From assembly GCA_000320545.1 (NCBI GenBank), contig ADNK01000414.1:12052-76051 (forward strand): a DNA stretch of 64,000 bases, read 5' to 3'. The notes below the pieces were generated by a model. That model was not told where the DNA came from and did not search any database. It worked only from the letters and a program-made list of their open reading frames with translations. Positions 41,168-55,090 of this stretch are shown piece after piece (the stretch's first letter is position 1; the number at the start of each line of letters is the position of its first letter). The position numbers and the translations under genes are program-made. Source of the stretch: Bigelowiella natans CCMP2755. Its lineage: Eukaryota > Protista > Cercozoa.

Positions 41168-44100
41168 CACATACATCTTCAAAGAGGCTCGGGTTGTATT
41201 CATCCATTGTCAGCTCCGTAGGTTCGCTGTGAAATGAGGAGACTGGCGATAACGACGGTGCTATTCCTGCAGGAGGGGGAGTGGTGGAGGTGGGTGGGGA
41301 GGGGGGACTCGGTACGCTTCTGCTTAAATGGCGGTTCTGGGAATGAAAGTGGTTGATGCCCTTTGACAAAGCACTTGGGATTATTCTTTTCTTTTCTCCG
41401 CCGCCTCCGCCGCTAGAAATATCGACCTGTAGCACGCTTCCTCGTACAGGCAGTTTTTGGGGGGAGGGCGCGATGATTTGCAATGGCAGTGCTTTTGAGG
41501 AAAGCGACGAAACATCCTTGAGAAAGTCACGTACAATGCCATGGGCTTGTGAGTTGCTAGATGGGAACGATGAAAGAGGCGGAGGCGGAGGCGGAGGCGG
41601 CGGCGGCGGCGGCACGTCCATCTCCCCCTCCTCCTCCGGTTGTGAGGGTAAATGATGATGGTAACGATGATGGTAGTGCTGGTGGTTATGAGTATGCTGC
41701 TGCGGGGAACGACGATGGTGAATGTTATAACTAAATGAATCACTATCTGCAGAAACTGGGGAGTTTTGGGACGAAGTTTCGTAGGTTGAGGCGGCGGAAG
41801 AATTTGGTCTGCTCTTCTGCGGTATCACAATACGCAGGCTATTCTTTGCCCCCCCATCCAGAGATTCGCCGCCGTTTGGGCCCGTAATTTTTTTGGTGTT
41901 GCTGGTGCTGCTGGTGCTGCTGGTGCTACCGCGCCGCTTTACAAATTTCGTCAACATGCTAGTACTACTACTGCTACAAGTACTACTGCTACCAGCTGCT
42001 GTTGTAGTGGGGGGTGGCACTCGAACACAATACTTAATCTCCTTAGCGGCATCAAGATTTTTCTCCTCATGGACTATCATGAGCCCTTCATAGGTCCTCA
42101 TCACCAAACTTTGATCTGTGTGCCGCTGTCCCTCCATCATAAGCTTACGGATGTTTGATGACGAGAAGGAGGAGGTCAGCGCAGAGTGAGCGGGCGGGTA
42201 GATGGGAGAAGACTTTGCTGATGATGGAGAGGATGGTAACGACGATATAATCTGATGTAGCTCAACATAGGCCTCGATCACTTGGATTGCGCTCGGGGGA
42301 AGCGTGAAGGAGATCTTATTCTCGTATATGTTCTTGTCACCGTTCTGATCTTTCTTCTTCGTCTTCTTCTTCTTCTTGTTGTTGTTGTTCTTCTTCTTTG
42401 ACTGTTGCTGGTTGTTACTTGCTGGTGCTGCTATCCCTGCAGTACCAGGCTCGGCACCAGCCGCTGCGATGATGCCGCCATCGTCGTTATTCCCCTCGCT
42501 TATTCCGCTACGAAGAACCCTGCCTTCCTCCGCCTCCTGTGCAGCCAATTCAAGGAGGCGTTTTTCAATCTTCTTCACCTTCTCTTTTTTCCGTTTTCGC
42601 AGAGCGACTCGAAGCTTGAGCTGCAGCTTCTCTATTTCTTCTTCCCTCAGCATGGTCTCATGCGCGGAGGCTGTCAGGTGCTTCTGGCCCATCCTGAAGA
42701 AAACTCTTGCCCGAACATGCTGATTTGGAGGATGCGGCGAATTTGATATATTGTCTACTTCTCGGTTGTGCTTCTTCTTCTTCGCTTCCTCCTCCCACCC
42801 CCCAAACATACTGCCACCACCAGAAATGCTTCTCTCTTCCTCGTCCTCCCCCCCCTTTTTCAATCTAGCTCCACCGCCCCCCCGACGATGCTGAGGGTGG
42901 GGTTGCTGCTGCAGCTCCGAAGAGACCATTTTCAGACGATTCTCGCGGCCGATGATAACGAACCGCCTTTCTCGGTTTGTCACGTTTTTCACCAAGATTC
43001 TCTGAACGTTGCTGCGGCTCTCTATGCAGCACTTGCCGAAATCGAGCCTGAGCCGCTGTATCCAGAAGTTCTCCCTCTCCTTCACACTCGCTTTCACGTT
43101 GAGGATAGCACTCCCGCACTCGGGATTCAGGATGTTGACGAAGCGGATGGTCTCCCGGAACTTTCCGGGAAAACTGGGCGAAAACTCGAACGGAACTTCA
43201 CACTCTGCCATTGGATTCAAAATGCCGCCCACACTCAGGGCGTTGGGAAACTTGACATCTGAAGAAGATATCGACCCTGACTTTTCTATGCGGAAGAGAA
43301 GTGGGCTGTCGCAGGGGTTCTGCAGCTGCAGCTTGCGTTTGCGTACACCTGCGCCGATGCCTTGAATCTCTCCAAAATGAAGGTTGGTTTGGGAGAGCGT
43401 GGCGATGGAACGGCAAACTTTCGTCTGGAGCGGGATCATCAGCACCGGAGCGTCACCACGGTGATAATAATTCTCCAATCGACGCTGAATGCTGTCTCTC
43501 TTGTTCGGGGGCAGAGGTGGGAGTTGTTGTTGTTGTTGTTGGTACTCTTTCTTGTTGGAAATGTAAGGCTTATGCTTCTCTTGCTGCTCTGTTAGGCTTT
43601 TCTCCGTCGGTCTTTCGACTACTACTGCTAGATTTCTCCGCAATGGCTGAACCAAGGAGGACGAGGAGGAGGAGGAGGAGGAGGAAGATGATTCTGCTGA
43701 TGCAGATGCTGATGGCAATGATGATGATGGTGACGAGGGCAGTCCATGCTGCAGAGAAGGGTGTGCATGCGACGTTGGTGGGGAAGATGTTGAACCAGCA
43801 GTAGCTGGAGAAGTACCAATAAGTAATCCATTGCTGCTGCTGCTGCTGCTGCTGTTGCTGTCGGTAGCGTTCATTCTCGCTGATGAAGCTTTGTTGACAG
43901 CTGCTACACCCATCATATTCTTCTTCTTCTTCCTCCTCCTCCTCCTCTCATCTTTCGCATCATCATCATCATCATCATCGTCACCACCACCACCACCACC
44001 CAACGCCTGGCTGGTCTCCATCAGTTGATGATCCAAAGAGGTATCACCGTCCCTCGCACTGAGAAGGAGGCTTTTGAGCAGGGATTTATCATAATCAACC

Positions 44101-45082
44101 ATGCGGATGGATATCGAGCCTTTCGCATTCCTGAAACGCCGGCTGATCCAAGACACCTCGCCCTGCATGCTGTACACCGCAAACACCCGCACCTTCTGAT
44201 CCCCCGGCAGCATCACTCGACATGATGATGATGATGATGACGACGACGAAGCTAACGATGATGATATCGGTAGAAGCTCTCTCTTCTCAATCGATTCTGC
44301 AATCCGCCGCTGTCGTCTTAGCTCGCGGTCTACCAGCTCCTGATCAGAGCTAGGATCCAGGGCGTTTGGAGGCCATCCTTGGTGCTCGATGCTGCTCTCA
44401 TCCGTGGTGGAGAAGACATCATTACAAATCTCTTCCTCCAGTATCTTGCTCAGCTTGCTTTTGTCGCCGCTTAAAGACCCGATGTCATTCGCGGCTACAG
44501 AAGAGGATGCTGATGATGATGACCGCTTTCGACCATAATTGTTGCTGGGTTGGAGGTGGTGAAGGTGCTGCTGATGATGATGGTGTTGAGAATTCTTATG
44601 AGGCTGCTGCTGCTGCTTTTCGTCAGTTGGCTGCTCCTCTATCATCTCTTTCTGCGTCCAGTGAAGATACAGTGATATGTTATGCGGATGTGACACCTGA
44701 TAGCACAGCCAGAGCATCATGCTGTTAGTGCGAGCCCAAAGATCATCAAACAAACATCAACCTACAAAGACTACTACTACTCGGCGCATTCTGTATATGC
44801 ATGCAATGCTCAATAGGGGCGGCGGTGGGGATATTAACCGACAAATGTAAGTTATAATCTTAGTTTGCGACTAGAAAAACGCCCTCATCTTGTTCTTGTT
44901 CTTGTTGTTGTTCTTCTTCTATTACTACTACTACTACTACTACTACTACCGCGAAGGACAGCTTGAGTGTGGAGCTTCTTGTGTTTTGAAGTGTGAATAC
45001 CCGAACCGAGGGACATGACGACACCAAAGCACCTATATTGTGTGTATGCCGTTTATGCAAGCACATATATGTGTACACATGT

Positions 45083-45114
<32 letters not shown>

Positions 45115-46647
45115 TGATTTATTTAGCAGCTGCAACTAATGATGATGATGATGGTGGGATGAATATGTTTTTTTTCGAAAAAGACAGAGATGGAAGGAAT
45201 AGCACACCGAAATTGAGGCAGTTGGCTAGTTTTGAAGAAGGCGGCGGGATGAAACGGAGGTAGTAGGAGGGTAATAGCGCAATCTTTGAGGGAATGATTC
45301 GTGCCCTGAAAGAGAAGAAACAAGAAGAAGAAGAAGAAGTAGAAAAAGAGAAGAATAGAAGCGAAAAGCAAGAATAAATCTTTTGGCAGCATGGATAGAG
45401 TAACACCAACATAGTAGAGTAACTTTTTATTCGTCGTCGTCGTCGACGTCGTCATCGCTATTTTTCGTCTCGTGGATGAGCTGCTGACCTCACGATTATT
45501 TTTTGCACTGGGTGCGTGGAAACATGCTGATGGTGAAAATGATGCTCTGCTCGCCGTCTCGCTCCAACGCGGCGATGATGATGATGATGATGACGACGAC
45601 GATGATGATGATGATGATGATGGCGAAGATGACGATGATGATGACGATGAAGACTCTTGCCGATGTTGTCCTTCGAGTCCGAATTATGGCGAGCATCGTT
45701 GTTGTGATGTTCCTGCTCTTCGTCCATCATATCGTCATATACAGGGTCGTAGGAAAACGTGGACTTTGAATCCTAAAAGACAACATATGTAACATCAGCA
45801 CCATTCTTGCTCGAATAGAGAGGCATGCATACTCCAACGCGGCGCTTTAAGCTTAAAAAGGGGAGAAAAGTGTAGTTTGCAGAGTTAGTAGTCGTTGTGA
45901 GGAGGAGGATATTTATCTTTCCGAATTTTATATGTTTGTTGCCACCGCATATTCCTTGCAGCTTAGATTTCGAATCAGCACCTTCGAGAACAACAACAAC
46001 AACGAAACAACAACCAAACACAAGACGAGGACGGAATATAAGATCAGATGTACATCAATAAGAGCAACAATGGGCCCGAATAATATTAACGATCGTAAAC
46101 GAAGACGATGCTACAAGTATCATAGATGCTGTTTGTTACTAAGAATGGTTGACATGTTTTTGGGGTATTTTTCTATAATGTTTTGTGTATCATCATAGCA
46201 TTGATCTTTCTGTTGTAATACCTCCTTCTGATAATCTGGATTCACTTTGCCTAGTCATGCATGATGGGGATAGACAGTTCAAAAGAAGAAGAAAAAGAAT
46301 GATGACAATGACGACAATGACGACAATGAACAAGACCACTTTCAAATCTTCTTCTGCTCACATGTACATCGACGTTATCAGCAGCAGCCAAGAAAGGAGA
46401 GAGGGAGATAGCAAGGGGGGGGCAACTTACGAGGCACAAACACGACTTTGATTCTTCGAAATCCACGGGGTGGTACGATGTAGCCACCGCCCCCCCCTTT
46501 TCCTTTTCCTCCTCCTCCTCCTCCCTCTCCGTCACCGCCCTGAGGAACACTCCCAAGATGGTTGTCTTGCTCATCTATGGGGGTGGTTAGACAACGAGAA
46601 TGTAATCGTAGTTGCCGTTCATGTAATCATATAACGCAACACACACA

Positions 46648-46701
<54 letters not shown>

Positions 46702-47309
46702 GGGAGGGGGGAAAAGAACTGATATGTTCACTAATATATATTATGCGGATGGGGGAGTTGTCATCATCATCATCATCATCATCGTCCTTTATCATCGTCA
46801 TCGTCGTATTATTACTAAAAGACAGGACCTTTACTTGCTACAGAGCGTGATGACACTACCCCCGCTAAGTAGAGCACAAAATTGGCGTTGATGATGGCGA
46901 CAATCGTAGACATTTATTCGTTTTCTTATTCGAGAGAGGAAGGCGGGAAATCGATTGGGACATGACATCTTCATTGCGTTCATATATTCTCAATTGAATG
47001 ATGATGATGATGATGATGCATCATAAAGCACTTCGTCTACCTGCTATGAGATGGCGGCGATGCTGACGTGACGTTGTCGGCTCATCCATCACGTAGCACG
47101 TGACGCACTTCGATGTGTACTCTAAGTCAAATCTATACAGCCAAAAGGAAAGAGCAAAGCAACAAGCGATTGGCTAAAAATGTCGCACACTTCTTCCCAT
47201 TAACATACATGGCTGTGCTGTAAGGCAACTTCCTCCTTATCCTCTTCTTACGTCGTCTTCGTCATCATCGTCATCATCATCATCATCATCATCATCATCG
47301 TAGTAGTAT

Positions 47310-47342
<33 letters not shown>

Positions 47343-47628
47343 CACATACCTTGCAGGAATATCACACGGATTTACAATAGAGAATATTCCTCGCTCGAGG
47401 CCGCCTACGACAATGCAAACCAAACAAAGAAGTACAAAGACAAACAACGGTCAGCTATCTCTTCAGCATCTTTCTTTTAGGAGGGAGGGAGGGAGGGAGG
47501 GAATGCTACTACTCCCCGTTTGCCGACACATCATCGATCGTCATCATTCAGTTGCTGCATATATCAGGTGAGATTATTCATTCTTCTCTCTTGTGAGAGT
47601 TCCTTCTCCTCCCCATGATGCTACTAGT

Positions 47629-47664
<36 letters not shown>

Positions 47665-48467
47665 GTAACCATTACTTATTGCTACTACTGCTGCTGCTGC
47701 TGCTGCTAGTACCAATATGCACATCTCCAAAGCGAACTTCCTTTTGTGAAATTACTAGTCTGCTGATGCGAACCTACTCGAATGCACGACGATGATGGTA
47801 ATGAGAATAATGATGATGATGATGATGATGATGGTGATGAGGATGCGAAATATAATGGTGATTGTGGCGATAGCTCATCATGATAGTGATGAAAATCACA
47901 AAGTCGCTCTCCGTGATCCTCTTTCTCTGTGTTCCTTCATGATTTACTGACCGTGGCTCGTGCCTCAACAACCACAGAGCTCCTGTAATACCCTCTCCCC
48001 CCCCCCCCCCCTCCATCTAGTAGTTCATTTCTCCTGTCTTTCCCAGTCAGCCTCATCTTGTCCCTTCTAGCACTTCTCGAGCCTGCTTCTCCATTGGCGC
48101 TGTCACCATCTTCCCCCTGGTGGCCATCTGCAGCTGCATCCCGCATATCGTGATCTTCGTTGTCACCATCATCGTCCTCATCGTCTCTTTCAGAGCCGTG
48201 ACCCTTTCCGTCGTATTGCTGCTGCAGCAGCCGGAGGTCAATCGCATGGAAGGTCAGATAAAACGACCTGATATATGTCACACAGTGGATATCGATCAGG
48301 ACAGCAATGAACGATCATGATAACGTGAGGAGGGACAGTGATAAGTGAAAGTAGGAAGGGGGGGGTGCTGACTCAATCACACGTACAACTCAGAGGATAT
48401 CACTACGAACACGATCATCGTTAAAATGGGCTGCTGTATCATATATTCTCGTGATCCATTCACTGTG

Positions 48468-48500
<33 letters not shown>

Positions 48501-48744
48501 ATATTGCTATGTTGCTGCTCTCTAGGACGACTACTACTACTACTACTACTGCTACTGCTACTACCGTTGTGATATTGGAGAAGGAAGGGCAGAAACACGA
48601 GTAGTGTTGAATGCCGTGCTGCCCGTTGTGAACGATGGATTCGAAATTTGCAGAGATTCTCTCGAAGACGACTCGAAGGGGCAGTAGATTATGCACAGCT
48701 TCTCACTGAAGGAGTATCAATACATATTCAGTATATATAAAATT

Positions 48745-48790
<46 letters not shown>

Positions 48791-49021
48791 TATATTTATG
48801 ATATTATATCATTCGTCATTGAGACAAATCAAAAACAGGATAATCACCTTTCACCAGGCCCAAGCTGAAACTTAGCAATGCTGTTCCTGCGAGATGATTA
48901 TGATGATGATAACGATGATGGTATATCCATACTCAATTGAAGCTTTAGTCAAGGTGTTCAGAGATTGTGAAATAGCTTTGTTTGCTCGCGCGCGCGCGTG
49001 TACATCGTGCATGTGCATGTG

Positions 49022-49061
<40 letters not shown>

Positions 49062-50196
49062 TGTGTAGGTGTGCATAGATATGTGCAAGTGACCTTGGGA
49101 TGATTCCTGAGTTCGCTTGCTGAGATCTTCGAGCAGCACTGTACGTCTCAATGAAAACCCGGTCTTTATTCATGTTGCCCCCATCCATCAACCCAGCCAC
49201 CAGCACCTATGGAGAGATAGGAGTGAAAGGAGGAGGAGGAGGAGGAGGAGGATCATGATAATGACAATGAGGAGGATCAATACTAAGCAAAACGTAAGTC
49301 GGAAAGAGTTGCTGTCAGCACCACCTTAACAGCATAGCTTTTTGGATTATTCACAATCACGATCTGTGTGAGAAAACAGGTTCTCAGTCATAGAATTCTC
49401 TGGCTTATGCACTCATTCTCTCTCCCTCCCTTCCTTCCTCCCCCCTCCACCTAGTTAATTGATTATTGAATATCAACTTGATAGTGCGACAGATATCAAG
49501 CATGATATAAAAAGAGAAGATCAATCGCTGAAACATCGATGATGCTGGCTGCTGTGCCTGAAAACCTACCGACGATTTCTGTTCAACTAATGAAATTCTC
49601 AGGAAATATGTAAAATCCTCTTCTATCATCATTCCCTCATTGACAATACCCGTTTGGTCATTGAAAATGCGTAGCAATCCCCAAAATGGAGGTTCCGATT
49701 GAGCCCTCCTCCTCCTCCTCCTCCCCCTCCTATCTTTGTATATCCTGTTGCTGCTGCTGCCGACGCTAGCACGTCCCCCTGCAATTGCTCCATTTCCATC
49801 AGCATTAAGTCTCTTTCCCCCGGGAGAGGCAGAATCCCTACTACACCAGCACTTGCATTTCCTCCTCTTCTTCCTCCCGTACCCCCCCCTCCTGCTCTTC
49901 CTCTTCCTCCTCCTCCGTGTAAATGTTTGGTTTGCCCAAAAACTTGCAATTCGGGCTGCTGCTGCTGGTGGTGGTGGTGGTGTGCATGCTGGTGCTGATG
50001 CTCTGGAGTAGCTGCTGCTGCCACCACATTCGCTACTATGCGGATACTCAAAGGCCTGGAACAAGTACAAAAACTGTTAGGGGAAGGGGGGCATGAATGT
50101 AGGATACCATCATCATCATAATCATCATCATATCGACCATGAAGGCTCATTACATACAAACAAACAAACACACAGGCACGCACAAAGAATATAATA

Positions 50197-50236
<40 letters not shown>

Positions 50237-51631
50237 ATATTCTCTGTCTCTCTTTCTTCTTGGTTTCATTATTGTTGTTGCTGTAGCGAGTTGATGACGG
50301 ACCTATCCCTTGCGTTGGCACTGTTCTCATTGATGATTCGTATCTACATGATGAGAAGAAGAAGAAGAAGAAGGAGAGAAAGAGGAGATGATGCAAGAAG
50401 AGTAAAGTATATGTTCCCGAGTACATTTCAAAGCCTGTTAAATGTCTACTGCACTTCTATCACTACTACATAATCATCACGACATAAATTGTACCACTCC
50501 CTCGTATCTTCCCGGTCTCGAGGTCCTAAAGGCGATGTGACACTTAAGCTTCGATTCCGCTCCGATAACTTGACAACCCCAGAGCCTGCAAGGAGAAGAA
50601 TTGGAAGAACAAGAAGAAGAACAAGAACAAGAACAACAAGAAGAAGAAGCTATGTGCAGTATGTCGCGAAAGAAAGCCACTCTCGCGCTATTTCATGAGG
50701 GGGAAGGGGGGGGGGCAGACAGGGATCGGTGCAGATGTAAATGATCGCAACAAAAGCCAACCGCCAAACCGTCGCACCTTCTCCCAGTTCTCGCATCACG
50801 GAAATCCACTGAAGATGACGACGCCTCTGCAGGGTCATTCCCTGTCGGCACAGATGATGACGGCGGAAAAGCGATGGACACAGCTCTCCTCTCTTCGTTC
50901 GAGACTGTGTCAGAATCGGACACATGCCGATGATGCAGCTTTGGCAACCGCGCGACGAAAACTCCAGCCACTTGGCAGGGGTTGTGTATGATGACTTCCT
51001 AGAATGGTTGCACCCGGCCATGCATGCATGTGCGAAGATTAGATAATGACGGTGATAGAGCATACGCACATCATCATCATCATCATTATCATCATCGCAA
51101 TTCAACCCAACGCGTAAGTGTGACATGAACATGCTTTAATAAATAATAAGTATAATTAATACTGTTTGGCATCGTCGTTGTCGTCATCATGCATATGTGT
51201 GTCAACGATTCAACCAAAGATGACGATGATGACGACGATGATAATGATGATGATCATCACCTGGATGTAGACTTCGTGGGTCTTACATTCCGAGAACAAA
51301 ACTTGGTTTCGATTCTGATGAATCATCATCGTGGGAGTAGACATTAACATACTTGTGTATATAAGTGATTATGTGGGTCAGAGAAAGAAAGGAAAAGAGA
51401 GAGAAGAGAGAGCTCATCTCCATTGGTGGTGGTTTCACAAGTTGGAAATGCGTATGTACTTATTCTGTTCCTTCTTATTATCTTTATTCACAGTTACACT
51501 CTTTTTATTCTTCTTCTTCTTCTTCTTCTTCTTTTGTTTCTTCTTCTTCCTCTCATTCATGCGAATCGCACAAAAATCTAAAGCAGAAGTTGCAACAACA
51601 ACTACAACTACTGCTACTACTTCTACGACTA

Positions 51632-51663
<32 letters not shown>

Positions 51664-52329
51664 CAGCGTCAAGATCGATCGGGATAGCATCACTCTTATC
51701 GGAATCTTAAGGGGCTGCAGGAACTCCTCATCTGTTTGCTCTTCGCCCATAGAGCGGGCTCTCTCCTTGTTACTAGGGTTGTTTTCTTCACTTTCAGAGA
51801 AGAAGAAGGGCCGCACCATGATCTTTCCCTTCATGTCGATGGCATTGTCTGTCTCTCTGTAATTTGTTGCTCCTCCGTCATCACTCTCTCCAACTCCAGT
51901 ACCATCTCCATCTTCCCCATCCACACTTTAGGAGAAAACAAGGCAAATTTGGACGACAAACAAGTAAATGATCAGTCCCCAAAACTACCTCCTCAAGCTT
52001 CTCTCACATGCAACAATGCAGAATTTATTGGTCGCGTTCTTATCTTACGTGGGTGAGAGCAATACTACGTTAGATACCTGTTAGTTTGCCCAGCTTGCTC
52101 GAGTTTTTTGAAGCAAATTATCAAAGCTGTTGGATAAAAAGAGACGTTTTTACAAAATCTGTTTAACACCTTCGCATTTAGGATTCTCCGTCAGTATTTA
52201 TCTCCCCTCGAATCTCCCTACCACCCTAACCCTCCACATCTGTATTTGTAAGGCCTGTTTACTTCTAGCTTCCTCCGGAGCTAGAACCATAGATTTCGTT
52301 TTATTCACCTTAGTAAGTAGTGTCATGTC

Positions 52330-52403
<74 letters not shown>

Positions 52404-53484
52404 TATCTTCCATCCACAGCTAATGAAGTGTGATACGGGCAAGTGAGCATTCATGCGTGGTGACGCAGTCGTGGCGTAGTTTATTCGTTTGCTTACCAAA
52501 TTAAATAATTCATTCTGCTCTTCAGGCGCCAGATTCAAATTGCGGTTTATAAGCTAAAGATAAAAATGTAATGCATCATCAGCACCATCACCATCATGAT
52601 CATCATCATCATCATCATCATCATCCCAAAAGATGGAGGAAACAAATTGTTCAAATCGCCCAGGTTTAGGTGTCTGCCCGACCTGGAAGGTAATCGAAGA
52701 ACCTACAGAATAATATCAAAGAATGAGGGGACACGAACTCAATAGTATGTTTACGCTTGGAGAAAGAAAGACCTAGTGTGGATTCCAGCCGGAGGTTCAT
52801 CTTTTTCGACTGTGAATGGTGTGCAAATATCACCTCAAGAGCTTTCAACATCACTGCACAAAACAATGACATACATGCATGCATGATATAGACGGATTGA
52901 AGGTCGTAAAGTATCCAATGGGAGGAGGCTAGGAAAGTGTTATGCTGGCAACCGGGTGAAGGTTAGAGATTTGGACGGGGTAAAGGATTGTCTTGTCAGA
53001 AAGGATTCCGGGTCCAATAACGATGCCCTCCTTGCCCACATCTGCCCGCAATACCTCACCATCACGCCCTCCTTCGCCCGGCCCTCCCGAGCTTGGATCA
53101 TGAGGTTGATCCTCCTTCCCCGTTCTCTTTCTCATCCCATCGGTCGGGCAGGGGAGAAGGGAGGGGAGCACGAAGGGGGCCGGAATCCAGTGTTCGGAAG
53201 CCTGGAAAGGGATGCGTAAGGAAAGTGGTTTTGCTACCCGGAGACTCTCCAGAGATTACGACAAATTATCGGATCAACAACCTGCGATTTCGAGATTGCG
53301 TCAAGGTGAATCTGTCTCTGTTGCTTATTTCTCGTCGGCCGTTGCGTTTCCGGGAGCAGGCAGAAAAATGATGAGTCGACTTCTCATTTTTTTTTAACTC
53401 GTGTTGCTCCTGTTCTCCGGCTGACTCATCGGCAGATATTAAACTTCCACGGGAGAGAGAGACTCTCACCGCGCATTGTTCCAT
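32726..53484 (-). CDS. Giant (>4000 aa) protein with repeated Ig-like ASH/MSP-type beta-sandwich segments separated by homopolymeric low-complexity inserts
   Basis: ORFs 32726-34861, 34819-40794 and 41001-44753 link through GT-AG introns (one junction checked in phase), with many small upstream exons to a provisional ATG at 53484. Segments such as LSQTNLHFGEI..KLQLQNPCDSPLLFRIEKSGSISSSDV..FEFSPSFPGKFRETIRFVNILNP, LDFGKC..QRILVKNVT and YDLGRIG..IEMVNLS fit the 'lDFG..(l)xNxs' pattern. The upstream exons may belong to more than one gene. Confidence 0.65.
52333..52400. repeat. (AT)n microsatellite, intronic
   Basis: Longest pure (AT)n run seen; similar runs near 18445, 24020, 28425, 41133, 53747, 59400 and 63945. 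Confidence 0.95.
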
Positions 53485-53740
53485 TTTAGAGTTCCATTGC
53501 TCTGTCTGCGCCCTGCCGGTTGGTACCTTGTAGATGATGAATGGGGGAACCTGCTTCGACGCCTTGCATCTAGCTGCGCGAGCTGCTGTTCGAACCTACA
53601 CCTTCTGTGGGGCTGCATCCGCATGTATTTTTCGGGGGTGTTCCTATGGATTCACAAAGTCACACGTTTTAGTTTTCATCGCAATCGAAGCTTCTCTGTC
53701 TCTCTGACGTGGGCGAATATGCGTACACACATGTACATGC

Positions 53741-53794
<54 letters not shown>

Positions 53795-53971
53795 TGTGTG
53801 TGTGAGTGGGTGAACCCGCGCGTGCGCTGTGTGCATTTGCCTGGATATGTGGAGCAAGTTACACGTTCAAATAAAAAGATATAAAAAAATTTCTACTTAA
53901 AACCTTGAGTCCCTGCGATAAGAATCCTACTCACAAAGTCGAATCACTACCGTTCAGCTCACCTCTGAAGG

Positions 53972-54894
53972 ATGGAGCAAATTCGTGATTATGCCGAGAC
54001 ATTGATAACGAAAAAGTGCTACGTGGACTTGTTCGAGTCGTTCATCTTCGAAAAGGAATGCGTCGAGATATTAATGTCTAAGGGATTGGGGCTGGCTATT
54101 GTTGTGGGTTCCGCGATCATGAAGCTGCCCCAAATCATTGCCATCCTTCCCGGGGATACCACCGGACTATCCCTTCCAACCTTTGTGATGGAATCCATTA
54201 CGTTCTCCGTTATCGTCATGTAAGGAACGTTCATCAAATATTCATCATTCTCACACCTCCACACCAGTTCGATAATAATGCAAGTAGAAATCCCTCTGTC
54301 GTCCATTAATCCTAACCCTTTATATCATCGACACAAAGGTACAACTACTTGCAAGGCTATCCAGTCTCCACGTGGGGGGAAAACTTCTTTCTCCTTCTAC
54401 AGAACTACATCATCATTTTTCTTATCCTTATCTACCGCAAACAACTTTTTAGTCTATGGACAATCAGTGGGTTGCTACTGTACGGCACGGGGATTTGGAT
54501 GATCTCTACAGGATTTCTAGAGGAGGAACTTAAGCCCTTGGAATTACAGATACGCTCCCAGAGTACTGTCATCTCTGCTGTTGTGCTCGCAGGTCCTGGC
54601 GCCCTGGAATCTATCTTAGCCCTGTGTACAAATGTAATGGCGCCAATCAGCCGAGTTCTGCAAATATACAAAAACTGGAGTGAAGGGTCGACTGGACAGT
54701 TATCGCTTCCTACCACATTTTTGGCTGCGGCGGGGTCCGTTGTTCGCGGCCTGACGATCTTGAAAGAAGTCCCCGATCCAATTTTGCTTCGTGCGGTCGC
54801 ACTATCCGTGTTGCTAAACAATATTGTCCTGGCTCAAATTATCTTCTATAGATTTATCTCAACGGGAAAAGTTGAGAAGGATAAGAAGGATTAA
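53972..54894 (+). CDS. MPDU1: Mannose-P-dolichol utilization defect 1 (PQ-loop) protein, 2 exons
   Basis: SKGLGLAIVVGSAIMKLPQI, YN..GYPVSTWGENFFLLLQN, SRVLQIYKNW..GSTGQLS, GSVVR..T.LKEV.D, LNNIVLAQIIFY; C-terminal KKD (dilysine-like). Confidence 0.92.
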
Positions 54895-54899
54895 TGATC

Positions 54900-55055
54900 G
54901 AAATGTTGAAGTTTGAAGCTAAGTAAAGAGCTGCGATAGTTTGTGCACTATTCCTAGATGTATGTCTATTATCGTAATGTTTACCACATCTAGACATGAC
55001 CAATAAAATATGTCTAGGTGCACTAGTGCATAAGAGGAATGCAAAGTAAGAGCTA

Positions 55056-55090
<35 letters not shown>

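Noticed and set aside
54646-54666. Second MPDU1 PQ motif reads RVLQ
   Set aside because: A degenerate second PQ motif is normal for MPDU1 (human has RLLQ).
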